A stretch of 64,000 nucleotides of DNA, from assembly GCA_963727625.1 (NCBI GenBank), contig CAVSHR010000002.1, positions 512,001 to 576,000 on the forward strand. The letters run 5' to 3'. Source of the DNA: an uncultured delta proteobacterium. Its GTDB lineage: Bacteria > Desulfobacterota > Binatia > UBA9968. The position numbers and the translations under genes were made by a program. Shown one piece after another: positions 12,207 to 21,296 of the stretch (the stretch's first letter is position 1; the number at the start of each line of letters is the position of its first letter). Below the pieces are notes generated by a model. The model was not told where the DNA came from. It did no database searches and was given only the letters and a program-made list of their open reading frames with translations.

Positions 12207-13314
12207 AAACATTCAAATTCACACCAGACGGGGCAAATCCCGGCCCCGCAACCAACCTTTTCAACACCTTATCAAGCCCCGGTTCGAAAACGGTTTGATC
12301 GAACTGCAATCCCAAAGTCCCGCAGTAGTCCGCCTGAATCATCGCCAGCGACGTTCCACAGTACTGAGCAACCGACAGCGGATTCTCCCCCCGCCTGATC
12401 GCTTCCGTGATAAACGTATGCCGCGTGGCGTAGAATTTCCTATGTCGAATTCCCAATTTCTTTAGCGGACCGCCCCAATTATGCTCACTCCACTTCCTTG
12501 CGTTCATAGGCTCCCCGTTCTTATTCACAAAAATATGCTTAAGCCCTAACTGAAGCGAAGGCAGAATTTTCAGAACGTTCAACACAGGTTCCCCAAAGTG
12601 AATCGTCCGCGCACTGCCAAACGTTTTAGGCCCCGACTCGCTGCCCATGTATCTCGATTTGCTGATTGATAGAGTCTGCCGCTCCAAGTCCACATCGGCC
12701 CAGGAAAGCGCCGAAGCCTCAGACGGACGCATACCCGTATGAAACAACGTAAAAACCCAAGGGAAATAAAAGAAATCATTCTCAGCCCAGTAAGCCACAA
12801 TTTTGTCCCGCTCTTCCGCTGTAAACGGGTCTGGCTTCGCCCGCTGGTTCCGAGGCCATTCAATGTCAATAAACGGGTCTCTCCCCTTCAACGCCTCGAA
12901 ATCGCCCCGTGCGCCCTTGTAAAGCGCTCTAAATGAACCGTCAACGACATTTCGAGCAGTTTTCACGCTCAGGCCCTGCTGTAGCAATTGCCCCCTAAAT
13001 TCAATCAATTCGCCCGTTCCAATGGCCAACAAGCGCCGGTCTTTGAATCTGGGAAGAATGTAAGCCCGGAAATGTTGGTTATAGTCCCGCACCCGAGATC
13101 GCCGGTAGAGCGGTTCAATCTTAGTCTTGATCCATGAATCATAATACTCCTGAACAGTAGGTGTTGGCGTCAACCCGTACTGTCCCTTGATGTATTGCTC
13201 AAGCCGATGTTGAGCCAGGCCTTTTTTCGTCGTCTTTAGCGACTTCGTCACGCTTCCGTCAATCAGATACCACCTAGAGCCTCGGTCTTTCCGCTGTTTG
13301 ATGTGTGGGGGCAA
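12187..13314 (-). CDS. Tyrosine recombinase/integrase
   Basis: HTGMRPSEA, PKT, FYATRHTF, ADY catalytic motifs; AGGAGG RBS before TTG; C-terminus LVAGPGF is the antisense tRNA end. Confidence 0.92.
   Translation of the reverse strand: MPPHIKQRKDRGSRWYLIDGSVTKSLKTTKKGLAQHRLEQYIKGQYGLTPTPTVQEYYDSWIKTKIEPLYRRSRVRDYNQHFRAYILPRFKDRRLLAIGTGELIEFRGQLLQQGLSVKTARNVVDGSFRALYKGARGDFEALKGRDPFIDIEWPRNQRAKPDPFTAEERDKIVAYWAENDFFYFPWVFTLFHTGMRPSEASALSWADVDLERQTLSISKSRYMGSESGPKTFGSARTIHFGEPVLNVLKILPSLQLGLKHIFVNKNGEPMNARKWSEHNWGGPLKKLGIRHRKFYATRHTFITEAIRRGENPLSVAQYCGTSLAMIQADYCGTLGLQFDQTVFEPGLDKVLKRLVAGPGFAPSGVNLNVCFLCYR
12234..12254 (+). other. att site: tRNA-fMet 3'-end fragment CAAATCCCGGCCCCGCAACCA
   Basis: T-loop remainder + T-stem + CCCCGCA-ACCA acceptor end typical of initiator tRNA; 5' part of the tRNA absent. 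Confidence 0.8.
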
Positions 13315-13507
13315 GGATGGCCTCCTGAAAAGGAATTTCTAGCCCATGCAAAACCCGGTAAAAAGCATCAAGCCTCGGCATCTGGCCTTGCAAAATTTTC
13401 CCCAGGGTTTTGTTATTAACCCCACATACTGCACATGCGTCAGCGACTTTCAATTGCTTGGCTTCCATCGCTTGCAGTATACGGGCCACGTTAATCGTTA
13501 TATTCAT
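13274..13507 (-). CDS. Small Cro/XRE-like HTH protein
   Basis: 77 aa, VADACAVCGVNNKTLGKILQG helix-turn-helix pattern; overlaps the int start. Confidence 0.7.
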   Translation of the reverse strand: MNITINVARILQAMEAKQLKVADACAVCGVNNKTLGKILQGQMPRLDAFYRVLHGLEIPFQEAILAPTHQTAERPRL

Positions 13508-13534
13508 TGACTCACCAAAGGTCAGTCAGCAGGA

Positions 13535-13789
13535 TCACGAACCTTTGACCACTTTTCTAAGCCCTGGTTCACGATATTTTTCCATTGCTTCCCGTACGCT
13601 AGCCGCAGCCCCTTTCACTAGCATCTTAAGCCCATGGGGTTTCAGCGAGACGGCCAAATAAAGCAGCGCTGCCGCCCGCATGAATTCACTGACCTTCATG
13701 TCCAGTTTCTCAGCAGCTTCCTCAAAGGCTTGTTTATCCTGCGCTGACACTCTAACCATGATAACTCGACTACGATCCCGTGTTTCCAT
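13535..13789 (-). CDS. Ribbon-helix-helix (CopG/DUF1778-like) protein
   Basis: VIMVRVSAQDKQAFEEAAEKLDMKVSEFMRAAA; GAGGAGG RBS. Confidence 0.75.
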   Translation of the reverse strand: METRDRSRVIMVRVSAQDKQAFEEAAEKLDMKVSEFMRAAALLYLAVSLKPHGLKMLVKGAAASVREAMEKYREPGLRKVVKGS

Positions 13790-13976
13790 AACGCCCTCCT
13801 CATGTGTAATGCGTGTATATCATTATAGCTCAATATGTGTCAAGCGCTATTTTGACCGTATATAACAAGTGAACCGGACGCACGGCCAAGCGACGCAGCA
13901 ACCTAATATTTGACACATCCCACCTAAAGAAAGTAAGTTTACGAAGGGCTTTGATAATTTGCTTGTTGGAGGCTCT

Positions 13977-16535
13977 TTGGAAATTCCGCTCGTCGTTACA
14001 ACTTCCGGGTTATACTCCCGCCTCGGAGGTGATTCAGACCTTTTGACTGCAGTTCTGTCCCTGCGCTCGGTCGCGGGCAGTCTCGCCGAGACCGTTTCAC
14101 GCACAGTCCCTGGCTTCACCGATCACAGCCTCAGACACATGGACGCCCTCTGGAGTGTCAGCGATCGTATACTTATTCAGCAAGAGTTGATGGCTTTGTC
14201 GTATGGCGAGGCATTTCTTTTGGCGTGCGGATTTTATCTTCATGATATTGGCATGGCATACGCCGCGACATCCGAAGGCCTGGCACGCGTCCGCTCGTCG
14301 CCCGTGTACGCGAGCGCCATGGCAACCGCCAGTGCCGCCACGGGCGCGAAAACAGATCGAGCCTTAGAAGCAAGAGCAATTGCAATCGCTGTTCGGCAAC
14401 TTCATGCAGACGCAGCGATCGAACTGGCTACAAGCCCAGTGCCAGGTACAAACATCCACTTGTTTGAAAGTAGTTCTGTCCGAGATTCATGGGCGGAAAC
14501 CGCTGGTCGTATCGCTACTAGTCACCATTGGAGTCTAGAAACCATTGAGCGCGAGCTAGGTTCCCAAGGGGTGATTCCTCTGCCAGGTGGTCGCAGGGGT
14601 GACCTCGGATATATCGCCTCGCTTCTCCGTATTGTGGATTATGCTCACATTAATAGAGACAGGGCACTAACGATTGACCGTGCATTCCGCCCACCTATCG
14701 AGCGGGAGAGTTTGATTCATTGGCTTGCGCAGGAACATGTCGACGGCCCAGCCCGGGACGGTGCTGACCTGGTTTACCGAGCATCAAGCGCGATTTCAGA
14801 TGTTGACGCCTGGTGGACATACTATGAAATGCTTAAAGGACTTGATGAAGAAATACGCGCAGTTAGACGTTATTTGGACCGACGCTTAGTGAGCCAAGGC
14901 CGCTTTTCGCTGCAGGGTGTTCGAGGCGCCACATCTCCCGAAGAGGCTGCCGTCTTTGTTCCTACCTCTGGGTTTCTTCCGATAGAAATTAACTTACGTA
15001 CCGGCTCAATCGAACGGTTGGTACAACTCCTCGCAGGCGAATCACTTTATGGCCCCGATCCGATGGCGGCCGTACGCGAATTGATTCAAAACGCGCGTGA
15101 CGCCGTCATGCTAAAAACTGCTCTTGCGGCTACGGAATTTGATAGAGCTACCCTCTCCATCCCCATCCGCATAGCACTCAAAACAAATAGTTCCGCCCCG
15201 ATGTTGGAAGTCATGGATTCAGGTATAGGAATGACCCAAAAAGTTATGACCGACTACCTTATTTCGATTGCTTCCGATTATTGGACGTCGCAGATAGACA
15301 TCGATTTTCCGGGAGCTCGTGATCGGGGCTTCCACCCAGCGGGTAAATTCGGAATCGGATTCCTCTCCGTGTTCATGTTAGGTGAAGAGGTCACTGTAGA
15401 GTCCAATCGTGACGGAGGAGAACGTTATCAGCTTCATCTCCGAGGCGTAGGCCGGCGAGGTGAAATCCTAAGTCGAGTTGGACCATCCGGCAGCGGCACG
15501 GCTGTCCGTATATCTCTGAAACCGCAAGTCGTTGAGGCCCTTCGACCCCTTAGCGATCTAGTCAAAGTGTACGCTCCGATGCTGCCGCACAACCTAGAAG
15601 TCGAAGTAGACGGTCAACGCACAAGCATTCCAGCAGGCTGGTTACAAGAACTAAACGCTGATGAGTTCCTTAAGTGGACACTTAACGCCGTCTCGAAGCT
15701 GCAACGTAACCGAGCTGGCAGAACTTGGGATGACCGGAGGCTACCCCGCTCGATGTTTTTTCGCTACGGAATGACAGAGGAGCCCACAACGTGGCCCACA
15801 GGCTGGCCCGAATACCAAAATGCACATGTCCGATTGCTCGCCTCTTTTCACAATTACAGCCTTTTGTGTCTAAGAGGCCTGGCGATTCAACCCATTGCGA
15901 CGCCAGGTTTCGTTGGCGTTATTGACCTCGAATCAGCAACACCTGATGTGAGTAGAAAACAAATACTGAACAAGGATGTAACGGATATTATTCGTCACGC
16001 AAATCAAACAGTCAGGACGAAAATCGTCGAGAACCTAAACGCCCTGGCCAAGGGTTTACTAATCCAAAAACTCGACTTTGTAGGGATGTGTGTTTCTATG
16101 TATGGCCGAGAGACGATCTTAGAATCATCATTGCCCTGGATTAGCTTACTGAAATTGCCAGGTGAAGTACATTTGATAACTAGCACGATGCTCTTGGAGG
16201 AATTGTCCAAGGCCCCTTCACTATTTATTTCTTACGGCACAGGGCCCTGGACGGCAATGAAGCATTGGGGCGAGCTGAACTCGCAATCTTTGAGCGGTGC
16301 GCCAGCAGTAGTGCTCGATGATCTTCGCGGCGACAACTTGCGCTATCATGGCGGCTCAGAAGAAAAAGTAGGCACTTTGAGCGAGCTTTGGGATGACTGT
16401 GTTGATACGCCGCTATTTGGAACCGTCTTGCGACTCGCTGCCGAAGCGTGGCAGGTCAGCTTAGAGAACCTCACAGGACAAGAAGGGTGGCATCACTCTG
16501 GATCCGTACTTTGGGGTCAGCTCTTAAGACCGTGA
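13977..16535 (+). CDS. HD-domain + HSP90-like (GHKL) ATPase protein, candidate defence protein
   Basis: FTDHSLRH...LHDIGM...SHH...D HD motifs; LYG..AVRELIQNARDA, DSGIGMT, GKFGIGFLSVFM, GT GHKL motifs; GGAGG RBS before TTG 13977. Confidence 0.85.
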   Translation: MEIPLVVTTSGLYSRLGGDSDLLTAVLSLRSVAGSLAETVSRTVPGFTDHSLRHMDALWSVSDRILIQQELMALSYGEAFLLACGFYLHDIGMAYAATSEGLARVRSSPVYASAMATASAATGAKTDRALEARAIAIAVRQLHADAAIELATSPVPGTNIHLFESSSVRDSWAETAGRIATSHHWSLETIERELGSQGVIPLPGGRRGDLGYIASLLRIVDYAHINRDRALTIDRAFRPPIERESLIHWLAQEHVDGPARDGADLVYRASSAISDVDAWWTYYEMLKGLDEEIRAVRRYLDRRLVSQGRFSLQGVRGATSPEEAAVFVPTSGFLPIEINLRTGSIERLVQLLAGESLYGPDPMAAVRELIQNARDAVMLKTALAATEFDRATLSIPIRIALKTNSSAPMLEVMDSGIGMTQKVMTDYLISIASDYWTSQIDIDFPGARDRGFHPAGKFGIGFLSVFMLGEEVTVESNRDGGERYQLHLRGVGRRGEILSRVGPSGSGTAVRISLKPQVVEALRPLSDLVKVYAPMLPHNLEVEVDGQRTSIPAGWLQELNADEFLKWTLNAVSKLQRNRAGRTWDDRRLPRSMFFRYGMTEEPTTWPTGWPEYQNAHVRLLASFHNYSLLCLRGLAIQPIATPGFVGVIDLESATPDVSRKQILNKDVTDIIRHANQTVRTKIVENLNALAKGLLIQKLDFVGMCVSMYGRETILESSLPWISLLKLPGEVHLITSTMLLEELSKAPSLFISYGTGPWTAMKHWGELNSQSLSGAPAVVLDDLRGDNLRYHGGSEEKVGTLSELWDDCVDTPLFGTVLRLAAEAWQVSLENLTGQEGWHHSGSVLWGQLLRP

Positions 16536-16539
16536 TGTG

Positions 16540-16737
16540 CTAAACTAAGCTTTTAATGTACCAACGCGCTTGCGCAGGGGCAGACGCATCTTCTGCCCCT
16601 GCGCAGCTACTGCTAAATTCATAAAACACTCCGACAAATGGCCTGCGAACGAGAAACGCAACCGATCTAGCGCGATGACGTTCCTTATTGAACTTTATCC
16701 TTGCGGCCCGAGCGACACCCGTTTTTAGCCTACCCAT
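16540..16737 (-). CDS. Small basic hypothetical protein (start uncertain)
   Basis: AGGTGG RBS before ATG GGT AGG; downstream of rep; spans the hairpin, so doubtful. Confidence 0.3.
   Translation of the reverse strand: MGRLKTGVARAARIKFNKERHRARSVAFLVRRPFVGVFYEFSSSCAGAEDASAPAQARWYIKSLV
16571..16605. other. Perfect 14-bp stem hairpin (candidate replication origin or terminator)
   Basis: TGCGCAGGGGCAGA-cgcatct-TCTGCCCCTGCGCA. Confidence 0.6.
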
Positions 16738-16871
16738 GTCCCCACCACCTTTTTTATAGAATTCATAAACAATTTTTCTTCCACATTTGGCTTTAAACGA
16801 ACGATCTCGCATTAACCCTCATCTACCCCCCCTCTCACCTCTTATCGAGGCGCACCCCGACGTTGCGAATT

Positions 16872-17564
16872 TCAGAAGAGCTCGACTATCTGACGCTCGC
16901 GTACCTCAAGCAGCCTTCCTCCAATCACCGTTGAGCCCTCAGTCAACACCTCTTCCCACGAAACCAGCAGATCCTGAAAAGTAACGTCCGGCATCTCACG
17001 ATCAAACTTGTAAGCGTAATGCACGTCATGGCGAACCAACCTCAACATTCGAACCATAAACTTCCAGCCTTTGCCTATCGCAACCCTCGCACGCTTCCAG
17101 CTCCAGGACATCCTCACCAGTGCCCCCCGCTGATCGGCCAGGTATTGAAGAGCGAAATATCTCCCAACGCGACGAATTGAATTATTCCCCAGATTCATAC
17201 GCTGAATATAAACAATGTACGCTCCGTGAATGGTGTCCCACTGTTCGGAAAGCCAACCTTGATCGATGATGAACGGCCGATCGCCAGCCCAGGCCCAAAC
17301 CATGTGGAGAACTCCGTTGCCCTCCGAGGTTTCCACCACGAACGTTTCGACTCCTTTGTAACCGAGGTCACGTTCAACTCGCCGGCGAAGTTCTTGGAGA
17401 TGGCGACGCAGGAGATGAGCCGGACCATTATCAGCAGTGGTTAGATCGATCCTCGAAATCTGACAATTACGAGATTTTGCTTCGTAGCACCAACTTATAA
17501 GCCGGTTAAATACTCGCTTCTGTTGTTTTGTCCACGGCTTAAAATCACCCTTAGAATTCACCAC
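16872..17564 (-). CDS. Rolling-circle replication initiator (HUH endonuclease-like)
   Basis: Motif I IDLTT, motif II variant GVLHMVW, conserved W..IHG, motif III RYFALQYL (two Tyr); AAGGAGG RBS. Confidence 0.75.
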   Translation of the reverse strand: MVNSKGDFKPWTKQQKRVFNRLISWCYEAKSRNCQISRIDLTTADNGPAHLLRRHLQELRRRVERDLGYKGVETFVVETSEGNGVLHMVWAWAGDRPFIIDQGWLSEQWDTIHGAYIVYIQRMNLGNNSIRRVGRYFALQYLADQRGALVRMSWSWKRARVAIGKGWKFMVRMLRLVRHDVHYAYKFDREMPDVTFQDLLVSWEEVLTEGSTVIGGRLLEVRERQIVELF

Positions 17565-17723
17565 AAAACCTCCTTGGCACGACAGCCAACGGTTTGATTT
17601 TGGTTAGATCAAGGGTAGCCATAGGCAGCCTTTAGGCGCTTTTCCGCTTTTGTAACTTGTCGATTTGTCGGGAACTTAGCAGTTGAAGACTGTTAACAGC
17701 AGACGTTTCGGCGGATTCAAATC

Positions 17724-17903
17724 ATAGCACCATCCAATCCATTACGTGTAGGCCTCATCGGAGCCGCCGGCAGATGGGGACGGCGGGCGCATGTGCCGGC
17801 GCTCAAGGGCGTGTCCGAAGCCGAGCTCTATGCGGTGAGCACGGCGCACGCGGATACCGCCAAAGCGGCGGCCGGGAAGCTCGGCGTGGACCTGGCCTAT
17901 TAG
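17724..17903 (+). pseudogene. 5' fragment of Gfo/Idh/MocA oxidoreductase
   Basis: Translates IAPSNPLRVGLIGAAGRWGRRAHVPALKG...LAY*, a diverged copy of the N-terminus of 20181-21284; start codon is ATA. Confidence 0.85.
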
Positions 17904-18035
17904 AAGAGAGAAGGCTTTTTTTCAATGCACATGGCCCATAGGTGCTCATCGCGGCGCGAAAAAAACCTTGCCGCACCTTTTCGCAATAGATTAACTAGAG
18001 CTTGTCAGGTTTAGGTTAAGGGGTTTACGGAACGC

Positions 18036-20096
18036 ATGCTAAGGTTGTTATGGTCAAGAAGCGATTTTTGGACATGGCTTTTCCTTGATTTTTTATCGCC
18101 CGTTTATTTTTTTACTGCTCTCTTTCTTTATTATCGATATCTCAAAAAGACATCGCGAGGCAGGGTGGATGCTATTAGGGTCGCGTTCTGGTCGTTGCTG
18201 GCTATCGTCGGGTTGCTCCACTTGGCTTTTGGCGGACCCAGGCTCGTGTTATCCGGCCATACGGCTTTTATAAACAGTGTGGCCTTTTCTCCCGACGGTC
18301 AGTTTCTAGTATCAGCGGCAGACGATGAAACTGTCACGATCTGGGACCCCGTCACCGGCGAAAACCTTGAGACTCTCACCTATGTCGATCCCGTTCCTGT
18401 GAATTCGTTAGATTTTTCTCCTGATGGAAAGATCGTCGCGTTGGGGACTTGGAACAAAATAACGCTCTTGAACGTCACTGATGGAAAAGCACTTGCGACA
18501 CTGGGGAAACATCGAGAGCGCGGAGGCACGGATATCGATGCGGTATTATTTTTGTCTAATGCCAAGAAGTTGGTTGCCGCCGACATGAATTCGCTCAGAG
18601 TATGGGACGTTGAATCAAAAACCATCCAAGCTGCGTTGCTTGATGAGAGCAAAGATTTTTTCCAAGCCGAAGCCATAGCTGCCTCTCGTGACGGAAAGAT
18701 CCTCGCGTCGGGAAATCACCGCGGGAAGGTCACCCTTTGGGAAGTACTAGGGAAAAAAAGGATTGTGACGTTTGCGGCACATGGCGACGAAAAGGTGTCG
18801 GCGCTGGCTTTTTCTCCCGATGGCCGCTTGCTCGCCAGTGGCGGACATGACGCACGAACCGTCCTATGGCATTTGAAAGGCAATCAGCCCGAAGAAATTT
18901 TTATCCTGAAAGCGGATACTGGCGATATCAACACCTTGGCCTTCTCGCCTGACGGGAAACTGCTCGCTACCGGCGCATATCACATACGAATATGGAATGT
19001 TGCTACCGGTAAATTGATGTTAACGACTAAAGGACGCCGGGTACGAATCAGAAAAATTGCTTTTTCTCCGGACGGTGCGAGATTGGCGGCCGGAGGTGAA
19101 GATGGAATCATCGAGGTTTGGAGTGTAAAAAGCCGAAAAAATCAATTAACACTCAAAGTCGACGACGGGTTTCCAGTCCTGGCACTCGGATTCTCCCCCG
19201 ACGGCAAGATCCTCGCGAGCGGCACCCGAGGCGGGTTGGTGACTTTCTGGGATCCTGTCAGCGGCAAAAAAAAATCTGTTTTTCAGACGGATGGCAAGAA
19301 ATCCTCTCCAAACATCGGAACAGTAGGCCACAAAGTCGAAGCATTAGCGTTTTCGCCCGACGGAAAGACGCTCGCCGCCGGAACCTGGAAGATCGTGAAC
19401 CTGTGGGACACTGAAACCTGGCAGCTTCGCAGAAACTTCTGGCTGGGCGGAGATTTTTCTATAAAATCGCTAATTTTTTTCCCGACGGGACAGTTGTTTG
19501 CCGCCAATGAGAAAGCTAGCGCGGTATGGACCATTGCCACCGGTGAAAGGGTTTCCGGTGTGGATAAACGCCTGGGCCCGTTGGCGACTCTCTCCCATGA
19601 CGGCAAAATACTCGCGACCGGTAGCGGCTATGGGCTCAATCTTTGGAACACGGGGCGGTGGAGTTTAATGTTCCACCTACAAATGCTTGGACGGAAAAAA
19701 GTAACCTCCATGGCATTTTCCCCCAATGGGAAAATTTTGGCGGTCGGCAATGCTGCCAACGAATTGGCGCTTTGGATTAGTAGCCGGTGGCAGAGAGTGC
19801 CCAACGTTCTGAACAAAGTCGGATGTGGGGGAGCAGTCGTGTCGCTTGCGTTTTCTCCTAACAGTAGGTGGTTGGCTGCCCGAACCGTCCACTCGCGTGC
19901 CCGTTGGGTGTTGTTCTTTTTACCGTTACCGGAGAGCCCGGGGTGTATAACTCTCTTTCGCATAAAGGATAATTATTTTAGCTTTATGCCTTGGCGCGCA
20001 GAAATTGGGGGGAGTGGGTTAAGCTTTTCTTCGGACAGCAAGACCCTGGCAGCTGCTTCCGGCATGAATACGATTAAATTGTGGCAGGTGGAGTGA
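18036..20096 (+). CDS. Membrane-anchored WD40 repeat protein
   Basis: Two N-terminal hydrophobic helices, then >12 (L/V)AFSPDG..LA....D..I.IW repeats. Confidence 0.9.
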   Translation: MLRLLWSRSDFWTWLFLDFLSPVYFFTALFLYYRYLKKTSRGRVDAIRVAFWSLLAIVGLLHLAFGGPRLVLSGHTAFINSVAFSPDGQFLVSAADDETVTIWDPVTGENLETLTYVDPVPVNSLDFSPDGKIVALGTWNKITLLNVTDGKALATLGKHRERGGTDIDAVLFLSNAKKLVAADMNSLRVWDVESKTIQAALLDESKDFFQAEAIAASRDGKILASGNHRGKVTLWEVLGKKRIVTFAAHGDEKVSALAFSPDGRLLASGGHDARTVLWHLKGNQPEEIFILKADTGDINTLAFSPDGKLLATGAYHIRIWNVATGKLMLTTKGRRVRIRKIAFSPDGARLAAGGEDGIIEVWSVKSRKNQLTLKVDDGFPVLALGFSPDGKILASGTRGGLVTFWDPVSGKKKSVFQTDGKKSSPNIGTVGHKVEALAFSPDGKTLAAGTWKIVNLWDTETWQLRRNFWLGGDFSIKSLIFFPTGQLFAANEKASAVWTIATGERVSGVDKRLGPLATLSHDGKILATGSGYGLNLWNTGRWSLMFHLQMLGRKKVTSMAFSPNGKILAVGNAANELALWISSRWQRVPNVLNKVGCGGAVVSLAFSPNSRWLAARTVHSRARWVLFFLPLPESPGCITLFRIKDNYFSFMPWRAEIGGSGLSFSSDSKTLAAASGMNTIKLWQVE

Positions 20097-20180
20097 GGTC
20101 GGGCGCCGGAGCCTATGGGAGTAATGCAGCCGCCTATCCAAGCGTTTCACTGAAGAAACGTATCCAAAAAAGGAAAACCA

Positions 20181-21284
20181 ATGGCACAATTCGATCCACT
20201 ACGCGTAGGCCTTATCGGAGCGGGAGGCAGATGGGGGCCGCGGGCGCACGTGCCGGCGCTAAAGGGCACGCTTGAAACCGAGCTCTATGCGGTGTGCACG
20301 GCGCATGCGGATACTGCGAAGGCGGCGGCGGATAAGTTCGGCGTGGCGTACGCGTACGGCAGCGACGAGGCTATGTATTCTGACGAGCGGGTCGAAGCGG
20401 TGTCGGTCGCGGTGCGCGTGCCGGCGCATTATGAGCTTTGCAAAAACGCCATCGAGGCAGGCAGGCACGTCTTCTGCGAATGGCCGCTCGGCGCCAATAC
20501 CAAAGAAGCCGAAGAACTCGCCGTATTGGCGCGCAAGAAAAATGTCCGCACCATGGTCGGCCTGCAGCGTCGCGCGTCGCCCGCTTATCTCTACATGCGC
20601 GAGCTGATTCAGGATGGCTACGTCGGCCAGGTACTAGCGGTGAACTTGCTGCTCATTGGCAGCGGCGTGTTGACCCGTCCGTCTGATCGCACCTGGCAGC
20701 GCGACGTGACGTTGGGCGCAAACACATTGACGATTACTTTCGGGCACGTGCTCGACGCCATGTGCCTGGTAGCCGGCGAGCTCGCCGAAGTTTCCGCTAT
20801 CGTCTCGACGCAGGTGCCGCAGTGGTTCGAGACCGACACGAAGAAATATGTGGATGTCACCTCGCCCGACAACGTCATGGTTCATGGTCGGCTCGAAAAC
20901 GGCGCCGTCGTCAATGCCTACTGTGGCGTGCAGCCGTACCACGGCAGCGGCCATCGCCTGGAGATTTACGGCAAGGACGGCACGCTCTCGATGATCGGCG
21001 GCGGCGAGGGCGGCGGGGAGCATCAACGCAAGATCATGGGCGGACAAAAGGGCGACAAGGCGCTCCAGGAGTTGACCGTCCCGGAAAAATTCAAGTGGGT
21101 GCCGGAAGCGGTGCGAAGCAGCGGTCCGGCATACGAAGTGGGCCAGCTGTGGGTCAAGTTCGCCGAAGCGATCCGCAGCGGCTCGACCAACGACGCCGAC
21201 TTTGATCATGCGGTGCGCCGCCAGCGAACCTTTGATGCCATCGTGCGCGCTTCAGAGACGGGACAGAGGCAGAAAATAATATGA
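20181..21284 (+). CDS. Gfo/Idh/MocA family oxidoreductase
   Basis: RVGLIGAGG Rossmann motif, HVFCEWPL. Confidence 0.9.
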   Translation: MAQFDPLRVGLIGAGGRWGPRAHVPALKGTLETELYAVCTAHADTAKAAADKFGVAYAYGSDEAMYSDERVEAVSVAVRVPAHYELCKNAIEAGRHVFCEWPLGANTKEAEELAVLARKKNVRTMVGLQRRASPAYLYMRELIQDGYVGQVLAVNLLLIGSGVLTRPSDRTWQRDVTLGANTLTITFGHVLDAMCLVAGELAEVSAIVSTQVPQWFETDTKKYVDVTSPDNVMVHGRLENGAVVNAYCGVQPYHGSGHRLEIYGKDGTLSMIGGGEGGGEHQRKIMGGQKGDKALQELTVPEKFKWVPEAVRSSGPAYEVGQLWVKFAEAIRSGSTNDADFDHAVRRQRTFDAIVRASETGQRQKII

Positions 21285-21296
21285 TCGATTAACTCA

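Larger units (their letters stand above)
12234..17723. mobile_element. Small integrative rolling-circle element (int + HTH + RHH + HD/HSP90 cargo + HUH Rep)
   Basis: CAAATC direct repeat at 12234-12239 and 17718-17723; tRNA 3'-end fragment at the left end; integrase and Rep genes; more AT-rich than flanks. Confidence 0.85.

Noticed and set aside
12180-12254. Complete tRNA-Met gene
   Set aside because: Only the last 21 nt match; no D or anticodon arm upstream
13977-16535. Housekeeping htpG
   Set aside because: Large N-terminal HD domain, no HtpG C-terminal dimerisation region recognised, and mobile-element context
12234-17723. Filamentous prophage or IS91/IS200 transposon
   Set aside because: No Zot-like ATPase or small hydrophobic coat genes; integration is explained by the tyrosine integrase
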